Part shown: positions 22,109-33,309 of the stretch, one piece after another
Layout: each line of letters begins with the position of its first letter
Position numbering within the stretch: the stretch's first letter is position 1
Assembly (NCBI RefSeq): GCF_001194135.2
Contig: NC_069002.1
Span: forward strand, 23,295,293 to 23,328,642
Source: Octopus bimaculoides
Lineage: Eukaryota
Direction of reading: 5' to 3'
Length of the DNA: 33,350 bases
Notes under the pieces: model-generated
The model's input: only the letters and a program-made list of their open reading frames with translations
Told to the model about the DNA's origin: nothing
Databases searched by the model: none
Made by a program: the position numbers and the translations under genes

Positions 22109-22469
22109 ATCACACCCTTTTGTCATAAATAAAGGACAGATACACCAAAAAAAGCTGTTGAACATTTTAATAAAAAAACAAGATGTTTACAGCCAGAATT
22201 ATGTCTGATCAAAGTGAATCTGGGACTCAGCGACTCTGAAGATAATAAGGGTCTATGGAAATGGCAATAGTTTCCACTTCCTAACCACAATACAGTCTAT
22301 GGAAATAATGGTGAAAAGTCTCTTTTTGAATAATTCTTTAGAATTCATTGAGACTTTGAGCAAAATGTCCAAACATCGAAATTCTTTGGTTGATTTTTAA
22401 TATACTACACCACCTCAATGTCCACCTCTGTGGTCTTTCTCTTTTCTTTGACCAATTCTAAAATATTCT

Positions 22470-22655
22470 TTATAATGTGTATGTGTTTGTGTGTGTGATA
22501 GACAGAAAGAAAGATAGACAGATAGGTGAGTGTATAGTGTGTGTGTAAATATTTACCAGTATTTGCGTATGAGTGTATGATTGAGGACATGTGTGTGTAT
22601 GTATATGCATATATGTGTGCGTGTGTGTGTGTCTATATATGTGTATATGTGTGTG

Positions 22656-22729
<74 letters not shown>

Positions 22730-22793
22730 CACATACACACACGAATACACATATACATACAATGTGTGTGTATGTATATACATATATAATTAT

Positions 22794-22838
<45 letters not shown>

Positions 22839-23090
22839 TATGTGTGTGTGTATATATGTGTGTGTGTGTGTGTGTATGTGTGTTTGTATATATATATATA
22901 TATGTGTATGTGTGTGTATATATATATATATATATATGCACATACACACACACATTTACACACACATATACAATATGTGTGTGTATAAATGCATGTGTGA
23001 TTATGTGTATTTGACCCTGTGTGTGTGTGTGTGTGTGTGTGTGCATGTATTTATGTGTGTATTGCTCGAGGTAGTGTGTGTTTGTGCGTA
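22470..23090. repeat. Compound (TG)n/(TA)n/(CA)n microsatellite
   Basis: Read directly from the sequence. Confidence 0.95.
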
Positions 23091-23809
23091 GCCACCAATA
23101 AATCACCCCAACTCACCTATTCACACAGACTTTTTCTAAACGAGCGAATGAATAAATAAATAAATAAAATAAATATTGAAAAACTAGAGGTGTGGGTGGG
23201 AGGGGGAGGTCGACATTGGCGATTGTTGGAACAACAACATCAACAGCAACAACAACAACATAGAATTCACACTTTACATTGAAAGGGTGAGAGATTTCTT
23301 TTCAATAGGTTTGCCTAGCCTCTGCCCTCAGTTGTCTGCCCGTCACCATACACTCTTCAATTCTTCCATTCACCTCTCACCCTTTCTCCCTCTCTCTCTC
23401 TCGCTCTCCCCTTTTTCGCCCTCCCTCCCCCTCTCTCTGTCTCTTGTTCCACTTTTATTTCTTCCACACTATTTAGCTTTCTATGAAAACTGATTATATT
23501 ATATAAGTTATAGGTTGTTAATGGATCTGACTCATAACTTATTGATGGTCAACGCTGCTGCTGATGGTGATGAGGGTGCTGTTGTTGTTGTTGGTAGTGG
23601 TGCTAGTGGTGGTGGTGGTGAGGGTGGTGTTGGCAGTGGTATTTGGTCTGGCGTTGTCTGTGTTTGCACTGGCGTTGGTGTTGGACCTGCCTAGTGATAT
23701 TGGATTTTGTTTTAGCAATGATGGTTACTGATGGAAATTTACTTTATGTCAGTGGTGAGAGGTCTGAAGTGATATACGCATGTGTGTGTAGGGGTAGGGG
23801 TAGGTGTGA

Positions 23810-23960
23810 CTGTGTGGTTAAGAAGTTTTCTTTGAAATTACAGGGTCTTAGGTTCAAGTCCCCTGCACAACACCTCAAGCAAGTCTCTTCTACTATAGCC
23901 CCAGTCAGACATAACCCTTGTGAGTGGGTTTGGTAGAAGAAAACTGAGAGAAACCGGTCA
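23810..23960 (+). mobile_element. SINE family A head
   Basis: gtgtggttaagaag ... ggttcaagtccc ... cttctactatagcc. Confidence 0.7.
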
Positions 23961-24045
23961 CACGTGTGTGCATGTACTCTTGTCATACAGGCAAGGTTGT
24001 TTGTTACCAGCTTTCTGTGGAAACATGTCTGTTGTGGGTAAAATA

Positions 24046-24617
24046 CGAGGGTGAGTCAAAAAGTAATGCCATTTTTTGTTTAGGACAGGTATAATTACCA
24101 ACACAGGAACATGTATCCATACATCAAAATGAAGCTAGTCCTCTGTGGATCACATCCCTCCTTCTCAACATGGTCACCGTTTCTCTCAATAGCAATGTTC
24201 CACCTTTGAATGAGAACATGTATCCCTGCCCCATAAAATTCTGTTGACTGTTCTTTGAGCCACTTTTTCACTACAGTTTTCACTTCCTCGTCACTGGAAT
24301 AATTTAGTACCTTCAGACTACCATCTCTTCGGCCCCGTGAGAGAGGGTTTGAGAGGCAAACATTATTCCAGTGACAAGGAAATGAATACTGTAGTGAAGA
24401 AGTGGCTCAAAGAACAGTCAACAGAATTTTACGGGGCAGGGATAAATGCTCTCATTTGAAGGTGGAACATTGCTATTGAGAGAAACAGTGATTTATTGAG
24501 AAGTAGGGATGTGATCCACAAAGGACCAGCTTCATTTTGATGTATTATACACGTTCCTGTGTTGGTAATTATACCTGTCCTAAACAAAAAATGGCATTAC
24601 TTTTTGATTCACCCTCG
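24046..24617. mobile_element. Mariner-derived fold-back element (572 bp, TA TSD, arms of about 257 bp)
   Basis: TA|CGAGGGTGAGTCAAAAAGTAATGCC ... GGCATTACTTTTTGATTCACCCTCG|TA. The centre and right arm translate to LVPSDYHLFGPVREGLRGKHYSSDKEMNTVVKKWLKEQSTEFY, a mariner transposase C-terminus (cf. YSPDLAPSDYHLF). Confidence 0.92.
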
Positions 24618-24809
24618 TATTAACTTTCTTGGAAAGCAGTGAGGGTTGGTAATTGGGTTGTAAAAAAACCGCCACAACAAATAAATCCATTTGGCTCATG
24701 CAAGCATGGAAAAGTGAATGCTCAATGATGATAGTGATGAAGTTAAAGAATGATGTTGAGGGCAGTGCGCATGCACACACACACACACACATTTAACTGT
24801 GGTCATGCT

Positions 24810-25160
24810 GCATCACCATCCTGAAGGGTTTTAGTTGGACAAATTGACCCCAAGACTTATTTTTTATAGCCTAGTACTTATGCTGAACCACTAAGTTACA
24901 GGGGTGTAAACACAGCAACACTGGTTGTCAAGCAGTTGTGGGGGACACACACAGACACGAAAACACACACATAGATATATATACATATATACACGCAACA
25001 AACTTCTTTCAGTTTTGGTCTACCAAATCCACTCACAAGACTCTGGTCAGCCCAAGGCTACAGTAGAAGACACTTGCCCAAGATGCCATGCAGTGGGACT
25101 GAACTTGGAACCATGTGGTTGGGAAACAAGCTTCTTATCTCATGACCACACTTGTGCCTT
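24810..25160 (-). mobile_element. SINE family A, near full length
   Basis: Inverse homologue of 3265-3646. Confidence 0.85.
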
Positions 25161-25804
25161 TGTTGAAAAAATGTTCCCCACACCTCTTTTTAAATGTGTA
25201 ATTTAAAGGAGATTTCAACTGCTGTTTTTAATGTCTTGCTACCACATACACAACTTGCACCTCGTTGGTTCATGCAGATATAATGAGACAGTCAGGTGTT
25301 GAGTGATCTTTTGATCTATGAACATAAAATGGCAGACGAACGGAAAGCAAGTTCAATTGAACGAAAGTGAATGATAACAAAATAATCGTTAATAATCAGC
25401 CAGAATTGGTAATAAATATTGAAGCTGAGGGGTACGAGATGTGAAAATAAGATAATTGTAAAATCTGATTTTGCATAAAATGAATTTTATTTAAATAATT
25501 TTTTTGAAAAATTTATAAACTGAAATAAATATAATTATATTGTATCAAAATATCCAAAGTGATTGATGAATGATGTGCATTTGTGACTTTTATGTGAATG
25601 ATGCCAGGTAAACTCTTGTAAATAAGATCTGAAGAAATTCTTTGAAGTTCAGTGCATGACACAATATTTATTTTCTCATATGATGTCATGTCCTTTCTGT
25701 TGTGGATCTAAACTGGCAAATGAACCAAGAGTTCAGGTTTCAAATTTCTGCTGGACGTTCTGTCATATAAGCATAAATTCTTAGAAAATATTTATTAGGG
25801 CCAA

Positions 25805-26213
25805 AGGCAGTCTTAATACTGAAAGGTAATATTTATCCCCACTTAAGCATGGATGTTCTGTTAGAACAAACCATACTGCCATAGATACCACGAGAGAAAC
25901 TATCATGTTGTCTTTCAGTGCAAAATGCACTCTTGTTTATATTGCTAGCAGGAAGATAAATTCCCACCAACTCCCGCACTGAGACCACCAGATCATGTGA
26001 TTTCAACCTTCCTTGATCTCATCAGTAATGGACACTAGAGTTAGCTATGATAGAGATAGCTAGTGATATGTAGAAAATCAGTGCCCGAACTGATGCTGGT
26101 GTCATGATTAGCCAGTGAGATTGTTAAAAAATATATATTCGTGACAGAGGCAGTATTAATATCGAAAGGTAAAGGTTTTCCTTACGTAAACATGGACATT
26201 TTTGTAGAATAAA
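25805..26213 (-). mobile_element. 343-bp terminally redundant unit carrying a hammerhead (retrozyme/Penelope-like remnant)
   Basis: Gapless 66-bp direct repeats 25805-25870 / 26148-26213 (49/66 identical) bracket the hammerhead at 25985-26031. Confidence 0.6.
25985..26031 (-). ncRNA. Minimal type-I hammerhead ribozyme, complete core
   Basis: The minus strand reads CCAUUA-CUGAUGA-GAUC-aaggaa-GGUU-GAAA-UCAcaUGA-U-C-UGGUGG. All conserved core nucleotides are present, three stems can form, and the cleavage triplet is AUC. Confidence 0.78.
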
Positions 26214-26259
26214 ATTTTAGTTTTCTAGAAAAATAAAGAAACAATACAGTTTCACCTTA

Positions 26260-26594
26260 TTAACCCATTTTCTTCCAAGACTACTTTTTGTTCTATGATA
26301 CAAACCTGATTTTTTAAGGGATTTTAGTTAAAACCTTTCATCAAAATGTCATCTATGTCCCAAATACTAACTTAATAATAACAAAGCTATTTGGGAAAAT
26401 TGTTATTTTCATAACTGACTGAAACAAATGTAATGGATTTCAACAGAAACATGGAAACAAAAACATTAAGTGATCTGAATTACAATCTTCCATCAAAATT
26501 TCATATTCTAAACACCAGCATAATAAATTCATTATTCTAAAAATTGATTGAGATCAGTGCATTTCAAGAGAAATATGGTTAACAAAAGAGTTAA
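26260..26594 (-). mobile_element. Dimeric TTAA-type MITE-like repeat
   Basis: Bounded by TTAACCC (26260) and GAGTTAA (26594); inverse of 21676-22108. Confidence 0.6.
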
Positions 26595-26652
26595 TAGTTT
26601 TTAGTCGATTTTTGCCAAATTGCAAGAACAAATTATTCTTTCATCTTCATCC

Positions 26653-26815
26653 CTGCATGGCTATGTGGTAAGGAAGTTCAATTCCAGACCAATATTCCAG
26701 GATCAGTCTCATTGTATGGTACCATGGACAATTTTCTTCTGCTATAGCCTCAAGTAGACCAAAGCCTTGTAAGTAGTTTCCAGTGACAAAGACAGATAAA
26801 AAGCTTATCATATAT
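26653..26815 (+). mobile_element. SINE family A head
   Basis: catggctatgtggtaaggaag ... ttctgctatagcctc ... accaaagccttg. Confidence 0.7.
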
Positions 26816-26882
26816 AAACACACACACACACGCCCGCACGCACACAGCGGTACTGGATATTAATAGTTATCGNNNNNNNNNN

Positions 26883-26926
<44 letters not shown>

Positions 26927-26927
<1 letters not shown>

Positions 26928-27130
26928 TTTAGCATCTGTCTTCTATACTGAAATGGGTTGGACAGTTTGATAGGATCTGAGAGGTCAGAGGCCTGGGTTA
27001 AGCGCCAAGCTCTGCTCTGGTATGGTTTCCAAGGCTGGATGTCCTTCCTAATGCCAGCCACTTTACAAAGCATACTAGGTGCTTTCTTCATGTCATTGGC
27101 ACTCATTATGTAACTGAGTAGCTCACAAGA
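26927..27130 (-). mobile_element. RTE-related tail fragment
   Basis: gggttggacagtttga ... ggctggatgtccttcctaatgcc, in the same orientation as 1880-2210. Confidence 0.65.
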
Positions 27131-27617
27131 CAAGACCCCCACTCGACTGAGTAAGAGTGTGGTATTGGGGAAGGCAGCTTATATTAGTTGTTGAGTGGCA
27201 AGAGTATGAGAGAGAGACAGGAACGGGTGCTTTGCTGGAGAGAGAGAGAAAGAGAGATGGCTGCCCCAGTTGGAAAAGAAGATGGTGATGATAAAGTGTC
27301 ATGATGTACCTTCAAGATATAAGATAGTGAATATGAAGAGGATAAGGACAGAAGGTCATTTAAGTTCACTTTTGACATGAGGTGACAAATTGTTAGAGAT
27401 GGGAAATATAGGGTGTGTTAGTTTGTACAAGCACACACATGTGTGTGTGTGTGTTAGTGTGTGCATCTGTGCCTGTGTTTACATTTGTGCTTGCTTATAC
27501 AAAAATTACAATCTGGTGGTGTTGGTATTTCTGTCAACAACTTGTTAATTTATTTTGTGCCTTCAGAACCTTTTTAAATAAGAGAGTAATTACTTGAAAA
27601 ACAGGAAAGGGGTAGCA

Positions 27618-27785
27618 CAGTGGTTCCCAACCTTTTCACTACCAAGGACCCCTTTTATCTAAATGAGTTTTCCCATGGACCCCAGGATATTGAAAGGTTG
27701 GTCTGTCAGCTTAACATGTTCACGGACCCCACCACTACTTTTGCAGACCACCAGCGGTCCATGGACCACAGGTTGGGAACCACTG
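27618..27785. mobile_element. hAT/Charlie-like MITE (168 bp)
   Basis: Perfect 16-bp TIRs CAGTGGTTCCCAACCT / AGGTTGGGAACCACTG; 8-bp flanks gggtagca / agttagca (6/8, central TA) fit a decayed TSD. Confidence 0.85.
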
Positions 27786-28703
27786 AGTTAGCATAAGAAA
27801 GGGAAACTGGTTGTAAAACAATGCTTCGATAACATATTCATCTAACCCATGCCAGCACAGAAAAACAAAGCAATGGGCTTTCTTGATTTCTTGAACCATG
27901 TCTGGTGCCTGCACTTTTAGCTCTCTTTACCACATATAATTCTGGTTAGATTCATTCTATAGAGACAGCGTTAGGATTCTCATGAATATACACATAAATA
28001 TGTAGTGTAATATATATAGATTCATAGAATCATGTGACTATCCCAGAAAGCTCCTCTGGCAGACCTGGCTATCAGACCACATAGTAATCCAATACAGAGG
28101 AATGTAATGCAGAGTTCCATGCAACTAAAATCCTGGAGATCTGATTAATAAAATTATTTCATGAAGTGTATATAAACCATAAAATATCAGGAGGTATGAG
28201 AGGTGAATAAATTCATTTAAACATTTGTCATCCTTAGGGTTACAGTTGTTTCACTGCCTTCATGTGATAATAATTTCAGTATATAATAAATCATGTTTAC
28301 ATGTGCACACTAATATGTCTGCTATACATTATACAATACAGTTGTGGTGAGAGTATGACACTCTCTGATGAAAATAGATGGGGCCACTACATATAAATAG
28401 TAGCAGTCTGACTTAGCAGTTCGTAGTTTGGTCTTTGAAGTCCAGGTACATTCTACAAGTTGAGTTAAAGTGTTGGAAATATTGATTGTTGGTTCGTTAT
28501 GTGTTTATTACTGCTGCTGTTTCTATTTTGTATTGTTATAACACTGTTACAGTGTATTCTTTATCGTTGACAATATCAACTAAACTACAATATTGGTGGC
28601 ATAAGGATATAACACAATTGTATATTAACAAATCATTGCAGATAAAGAAAGTTAGCCCATAAGATCACCAGAACATCATGGTTAAATCAAATTATTATTA
28701 CAT

Positions 28704-30758
28704 GCAGAGATACTCAAAATATCTGGCGGTGTCGGCTATAGCTTAGTCACCCGTATAATTAACCAGGTGATACATGAAGGAGTCATACCCAATGATTGGT
28801 GTAGCAGCACCATAGTCAACTGCTACAAAGGAAAAGGTGATGATTTAGATACAAATAATTACAGAGGTATCAAGTTGTTGGACCAGGTAATGAAGGTCAC
28901 GGAGAGGGTCATAGCCCAACAAATTAGGGAGCCAGGGAAAAGCACCACTGATGCTATATTTCTGGTAAGACAGCTGCAAGAGAAACACCTAGCCAAAGAT
29001 AAACCTCTGCACCTGGCTTTTGTTGACATGGAGAAAGCCTTTGACAGGATCCCCCGATCCCTTATCTGGTGGTTAATGAGGAAACTAGGGATAGATGAAT
29101 GGTTAGTGAGAGCTGTGCAAGCCATGTACAAGGATGCTGTCAGTAAGGTGAGGGTTGGCAATGAGTACAATGAAGAATTCCGAGAAGGGGTAGGGGTCCA
29201 CCAAGGTCCAGTCCTCAGCCCCCTCTTATTCATCATAGTCTTCCAGGCAATAACAGAGGAATTCAAGACAGGATGCCCCTGGGAGCTCCTCTATGCTGAT
29301 GACCTTGCTCTAATTGCTGAGTCACTATCAGAACTAGAGGAAAATTTTCAGGTGTGGAAGCAAGGAATAGAATCGAAGGGCCTTAGAGTCAACCTAGCTA
29401 AAACCAAAGTCCTAATAAGTAGGAAGGTAGAAAAATCACATGCTCGATCTGTAGAAAAGGCACAGGTAGAAACTCCATAAGATGTTCCCAGTGTAAGCTA
29501 TGGACACATAAGAGGTGCAGCAATATCAAAGGGAGGCTAACTGGGAAAATAGTTTTTGTATGTGGCAAATGCTCAGGTGCTATAAACACTGAAAATGTGC
29601 AGAGAACAGCTTCTATCACATTCCAGGGAGAGAAACCAGAAGTAGTTGATAGGTTCCATTACCTAGGATACCAAGTCAGTAGCTGGGGTGGATGCTCTGA
29701 AAGTGTAGCCGCTAGAATAAGCCTGGGCAAAGTTCAGGGAGCTTCTACCTTTGCTGGTGACAAAGGGTTTCTTACTCAGAGTAGAAGGTAGACTGTATGA
29801 CACATGTGTATGAACAGCCATGCTACATGGTATGGAAACATGGGCTGTGACTGCTGAGGACATGCGTAAGCTTGCAAGGAATGAAGCCAGCATGCTCTGC
29901 TGGGTGTGTAATGTCAGTGTGCATACATGACAGAGAGTAAGCGCCCTGAGAGAAAAGTTGGATTTAAGAAGCATCAGATGTTGTGTGCAAGAGAGACGAA
30001 TGCGCTGGTATGGTCATGTGTTGCGAATGAATGAGGATAGCTGTGTGAAAAAGTGTCACACCCTAGCAGCTGAGGGAACCTGTGGAAGAGGGAGACCCAG
30101 GAAGACCTGGGATGAGGTGGTGAAGCACGACCTTTGAACATTGGGCCTTACTGAGGCAATGACTTCTAACTGAGACCTTTGGAGATATGTTGTGCTTGAG
30201 AAGACAAGGCAAGTGAGACCATAGCCCATGGCCTATGCCAGTGGGTGTAACTAGCCCACTTATGAATACCCCTCATGCATTGGACAATGAACTTTGCTTG
30301 CGAAGACCTATTAAGGCAAGTGTAACCAAATCAAAATTGCTGACGTGGCCGATGACAGCACCACCTGATTGGCACTTGTGCCTGTGGAATGTTAAAAGCA
30401 CATACAAGCGTGATTGTTGCCAGGACCAAGGACTGGCTCCCGTACCGATGGCATGTGAAAAACAACATTCGAGTGTGGTCGTTGCCAGTGCTGCTGGACT
30501 GGCTTCTGTGCAGGTAGGACATAAAAACACCTTTTGAACGTGGTCGTTGTCAGAACCACCTGACTGGCCCTCTTGCCAGTGGCACATAAAAGCACCCACT
30601 ACACTCTCAGAGTGGTTGGCATTAGGAAGGGCATCCAGCTGTAGAAACTCTGCCAGATCAGACTGGAGCCTGGTGCAACCTCTGGCTCATCAGTCCTCAC
30701 TCAAACCGTCCAACCCATGCCAGCATGGAAAGTGGACGTTAAACGATGATGATGATGA
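28704..30758 (+). mobile_element. 5'-truncated RTE-clade LINE (RT pseudogene, 3' UTR, (GAT)n tail)
   Basis: RT motifs NYRGIKLL, AFVDMEKAFD, GVHQGPVLSPLLF, LYADD and YLG, and C-terminal RGRPRKTW; frameshifts and stops after the RT core. Confidence 0.95.
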
Positions 30759-30838
30759 AGAAGGCTGCGAAGCAGCTGTAATCCTTAGGATGACAACTAG
30801 ATTGACTTCTCATACTTCCTGACATTTTATAGTTTATA

Positions 30839-30875
<37 letters not shown>

Positions 30876-31418
30876 GAGGTGTTAAACAATTGGCTGGTGA
30901 TCTGTGGTTCTTTACCACATTCATAGTTTACAGCTTGAAAAGGAAGAAAGTTCATCTTAGTGCTCTCCAGTTCATTGAAGATTGAGGATTAAGAAACCAT
31001 TCTTTATATTACAAGACACTAAGTAGAGCTTAACTACTTCCATTATTAATTTTCAAAACCATCAATACCTGTCAAAGACCAATCTTCCTTTTTTTTCCTT
31101 TGAAGTTTCATCAATGTCTTTTGTACAAATCAAAAGTCTTCCGCACAATTCATTTTCTCACATTTTCCTTTCCATCCATAGCAATATTCATAGTTTCTTT
31201 TTGTCTTATCACATTCTGACCCAGAACTGCACTAATTTGTCTCTCTTCTTAGCCATTACTCCGGCTTGACCTCGATATTTGGTGCCAGTGATTCATTTAT
31301 AGATACTTTTGCAGGGTGGGGTTGGAGTAGATAGCACTATAACAAGAATAATCAGAACTGAAATCGAATAAACTGACACCACACCATCCTTTACCTCCAA
31401 ATGTTTTTATCATCACCA

Positions 31419-31424
31419 TTATTA

Positions 31425-31515
<91 letters not shown>

Positions 31516-31527
31516 CATCATCATCAT
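31419..31527. repeat. (ATT)n/(CAT)n microsatellite
   Basis: Read directly from the sequence. Confidence 0.95.
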
Positions 31528-31985
31528 TGCCTTTGCACAGCTTCTAACGCTGGAGATGTACTATTGTGTCAGCTGTTCACTACCAGTGAACTAAAGTAAT
31601 ACCTCTTATTTTTTGAGCACCTTCCAGAGTATTCGAGTGGTTCCAAGCAGTGCTGTTTTCTGCAAGTGCTCCACCCTTATTGCAGCCCCTATTTGTTCCA
31701 TGTACTTCTTCAGATTTTTGCTCACTATTCCCAGGGCTCCAACAATTATTGGTACTACTACCACCTTTTCCATCGACCACAACTGCTTTACCTCCCAAGC
31801 TAACCTGTCATATCTATCGACTTTTCTTTCTTCCTTATCACATACTTCGTTGTCAGCTGGGCATGCTATATCTATGATCTAACATAATTTGTTTTCTTTC
31901 TCAATTAAGACTATTTCTGGCTTCCTATTCTCTATCTCATGGTCACACTGAATCATAAACTCCCACAGGATCTTTGCATTATCAC

Positions 31986-31986
<1 letters not shown>
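31528..31986 (-). mobile_element. R4/Dong-like non-LTR retrotransposon 3' fragment 1 (restriction-like endonuclease domain)
   Basis: SDNAKILWEFMIQCDHEIENRKPEIVLIEKENKLC*IIDIACPAD...KVDRYDRLAWEVKQLW..VVVVPIIVGALG...LQKTALLGTTRILWKVLKK*; one in-frame stop. Confidence 0.85.
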
Positions 31987-32040
<54 letters not shown>

Positions 32041-32041
<1 letters not shown>

Positions 32042-32550
32042 TCTCTTTATCTCAGGTTTTGTTGGAGCTCCTGGCGTCTTGCATGCATAGCAGACTTGCT
32101 ACCTGCAGCCTATGGTACCATGCTACCCATTCTTTTCACCTATCTAATGCTTTCCTCATTATTTTGGCCGTGCCAAGGAAGCAAACCTTTTGTAACAGTT
32201 CTACTGGGCACTCTATTCCAATTTCCTTTAATATTCCTCTTGATGCCTTCTGATACTGTTCCGAAAGACCCAACAATAATTGGCACTATCTTCACCTTCT
32301 TCATTTTCCATAACCGGGCTGTTTCGTACTTAAGAGAATTGTATTTATCTGTCTTTTCACTTTCCTTCTTGACTATTCATGGGTCAAAGGGGCATGTAAT
32401 GTCCACTATATGGCATATGTGGTGCACCTTGTCCACCACCACTAGCTCCAGTCTGTTATGCTTTAGCACCTGACTTGTTTGGATTGAAAAATCCCAGAGG
32501 ATTTTGCTTGTTTCTGACTCTGTCACATACTGCGCTTTGTGCTCATATGG
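32041..32550 (-). mobile_element. R4/Dong-like 3' fragment 2 (different subfamily)
   Basis: ESETSKILWDFSIQTSQVLKHNRLELVVVDK..CHIVDITCPFDP*IVKKESEKTDKYNSLKYETARLWKMKKVKIVPIIVGSFG; one stop and one frameshift. Confidence 0.82.
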
Positions 32551-33309
32551 GTCTATTTGATATCAACAAATTTCCCTTGCCTTAAATTTACTGGTCTTTT
32601 GCTTAAATCACAAGCCATTATATGCTCTGAGTTTAAAACCAGATTGAGACCATGCCCATATCTTGAGCAAAGGGCCATATCCACAGCTTTCACAGACTCT
32701 CTAAAGCATGATTGATGTTCCTGTGGAACCCTACAAGAAAAAATATGGGCTGGAAGGGTTTCTCAGAGTCCTGATGTTTTGTTTCGAAGAACTAGAGAAA
32801 GTGTCCTTTGCAGGATCTCAGCTAAAAGTGAAGGGGATATCGGGAGGATGAAAAGAGAAGAAGTGAATGAATTATTGGGCCTGAGATCAGGCAGCTCTGG
32901 GGAGCAGTGGTCACTATAGATCACTAAACCAGCAATAGAAGAACCAGAGAGAAGAGAAAGGGTGTCTGTGATCTAGAGGTTGGATTAGTTTGGTGAGGAA
33001 TTTTCTCCCCCAAATCCATTGACTGAACTCTTTTTGGATACATAGTCCAGGCTGTGTCCCTATGTAGCAGTAGAGCTGTGGTAGCAGTAGCACACATTGT
33101 TAGGCGTGGGAGCAGTTCCTCATTGTGGGTTTCTCTTGAGTTTTGTGTAAAAGGGTAAACTTTAGGAATAGGAGGGAGGGGAGGGCTACCTATGTATTCT
33201 AGAGTTATCATACACTTATATACTTCATTTCATTAACTGATGTTATCACTCTATATATGTGTGTGTGTGTGTGTTTATGTATGTATACATATGTATATTT
33301 ATACATGTA

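Noticed and set aside
22405-23106. YI/CV/HT-repeat ORFs here and at 18591-19143
   Set aside because: Translations of dinucleotide and tetranucleotide microsatellites.
23530-23690. Pro/Thr-rich cryptic reading frame on the minus strand
   Set aside because: Degenerate (GGT)/(GTT) triplet repeat with no start codon or donor support.
26022-26105. Signal-peptide-like ORF MTPASVRALIFYISLAISIIANSSVHY as CA exon 1
   Set aside because: No credible donor site; it ends in the hammerhead CTGATGA and lies inside the repeat unit.
19444-28372. Other CTGATGA/CTGAAGA hits (19444, 22236, 25629, 28366, and minus strand 19828, 21369, 30688)
   Set aside because: No correctly placed GAAA, stem III and NUH with a matching stem I.
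32760-33200. Possible APE endonuclease remnant (SDH motif on the minus strand)
   Set aside because: A single short motif in a broken frame; it needs a tBLASTn or HMM hit to be called.
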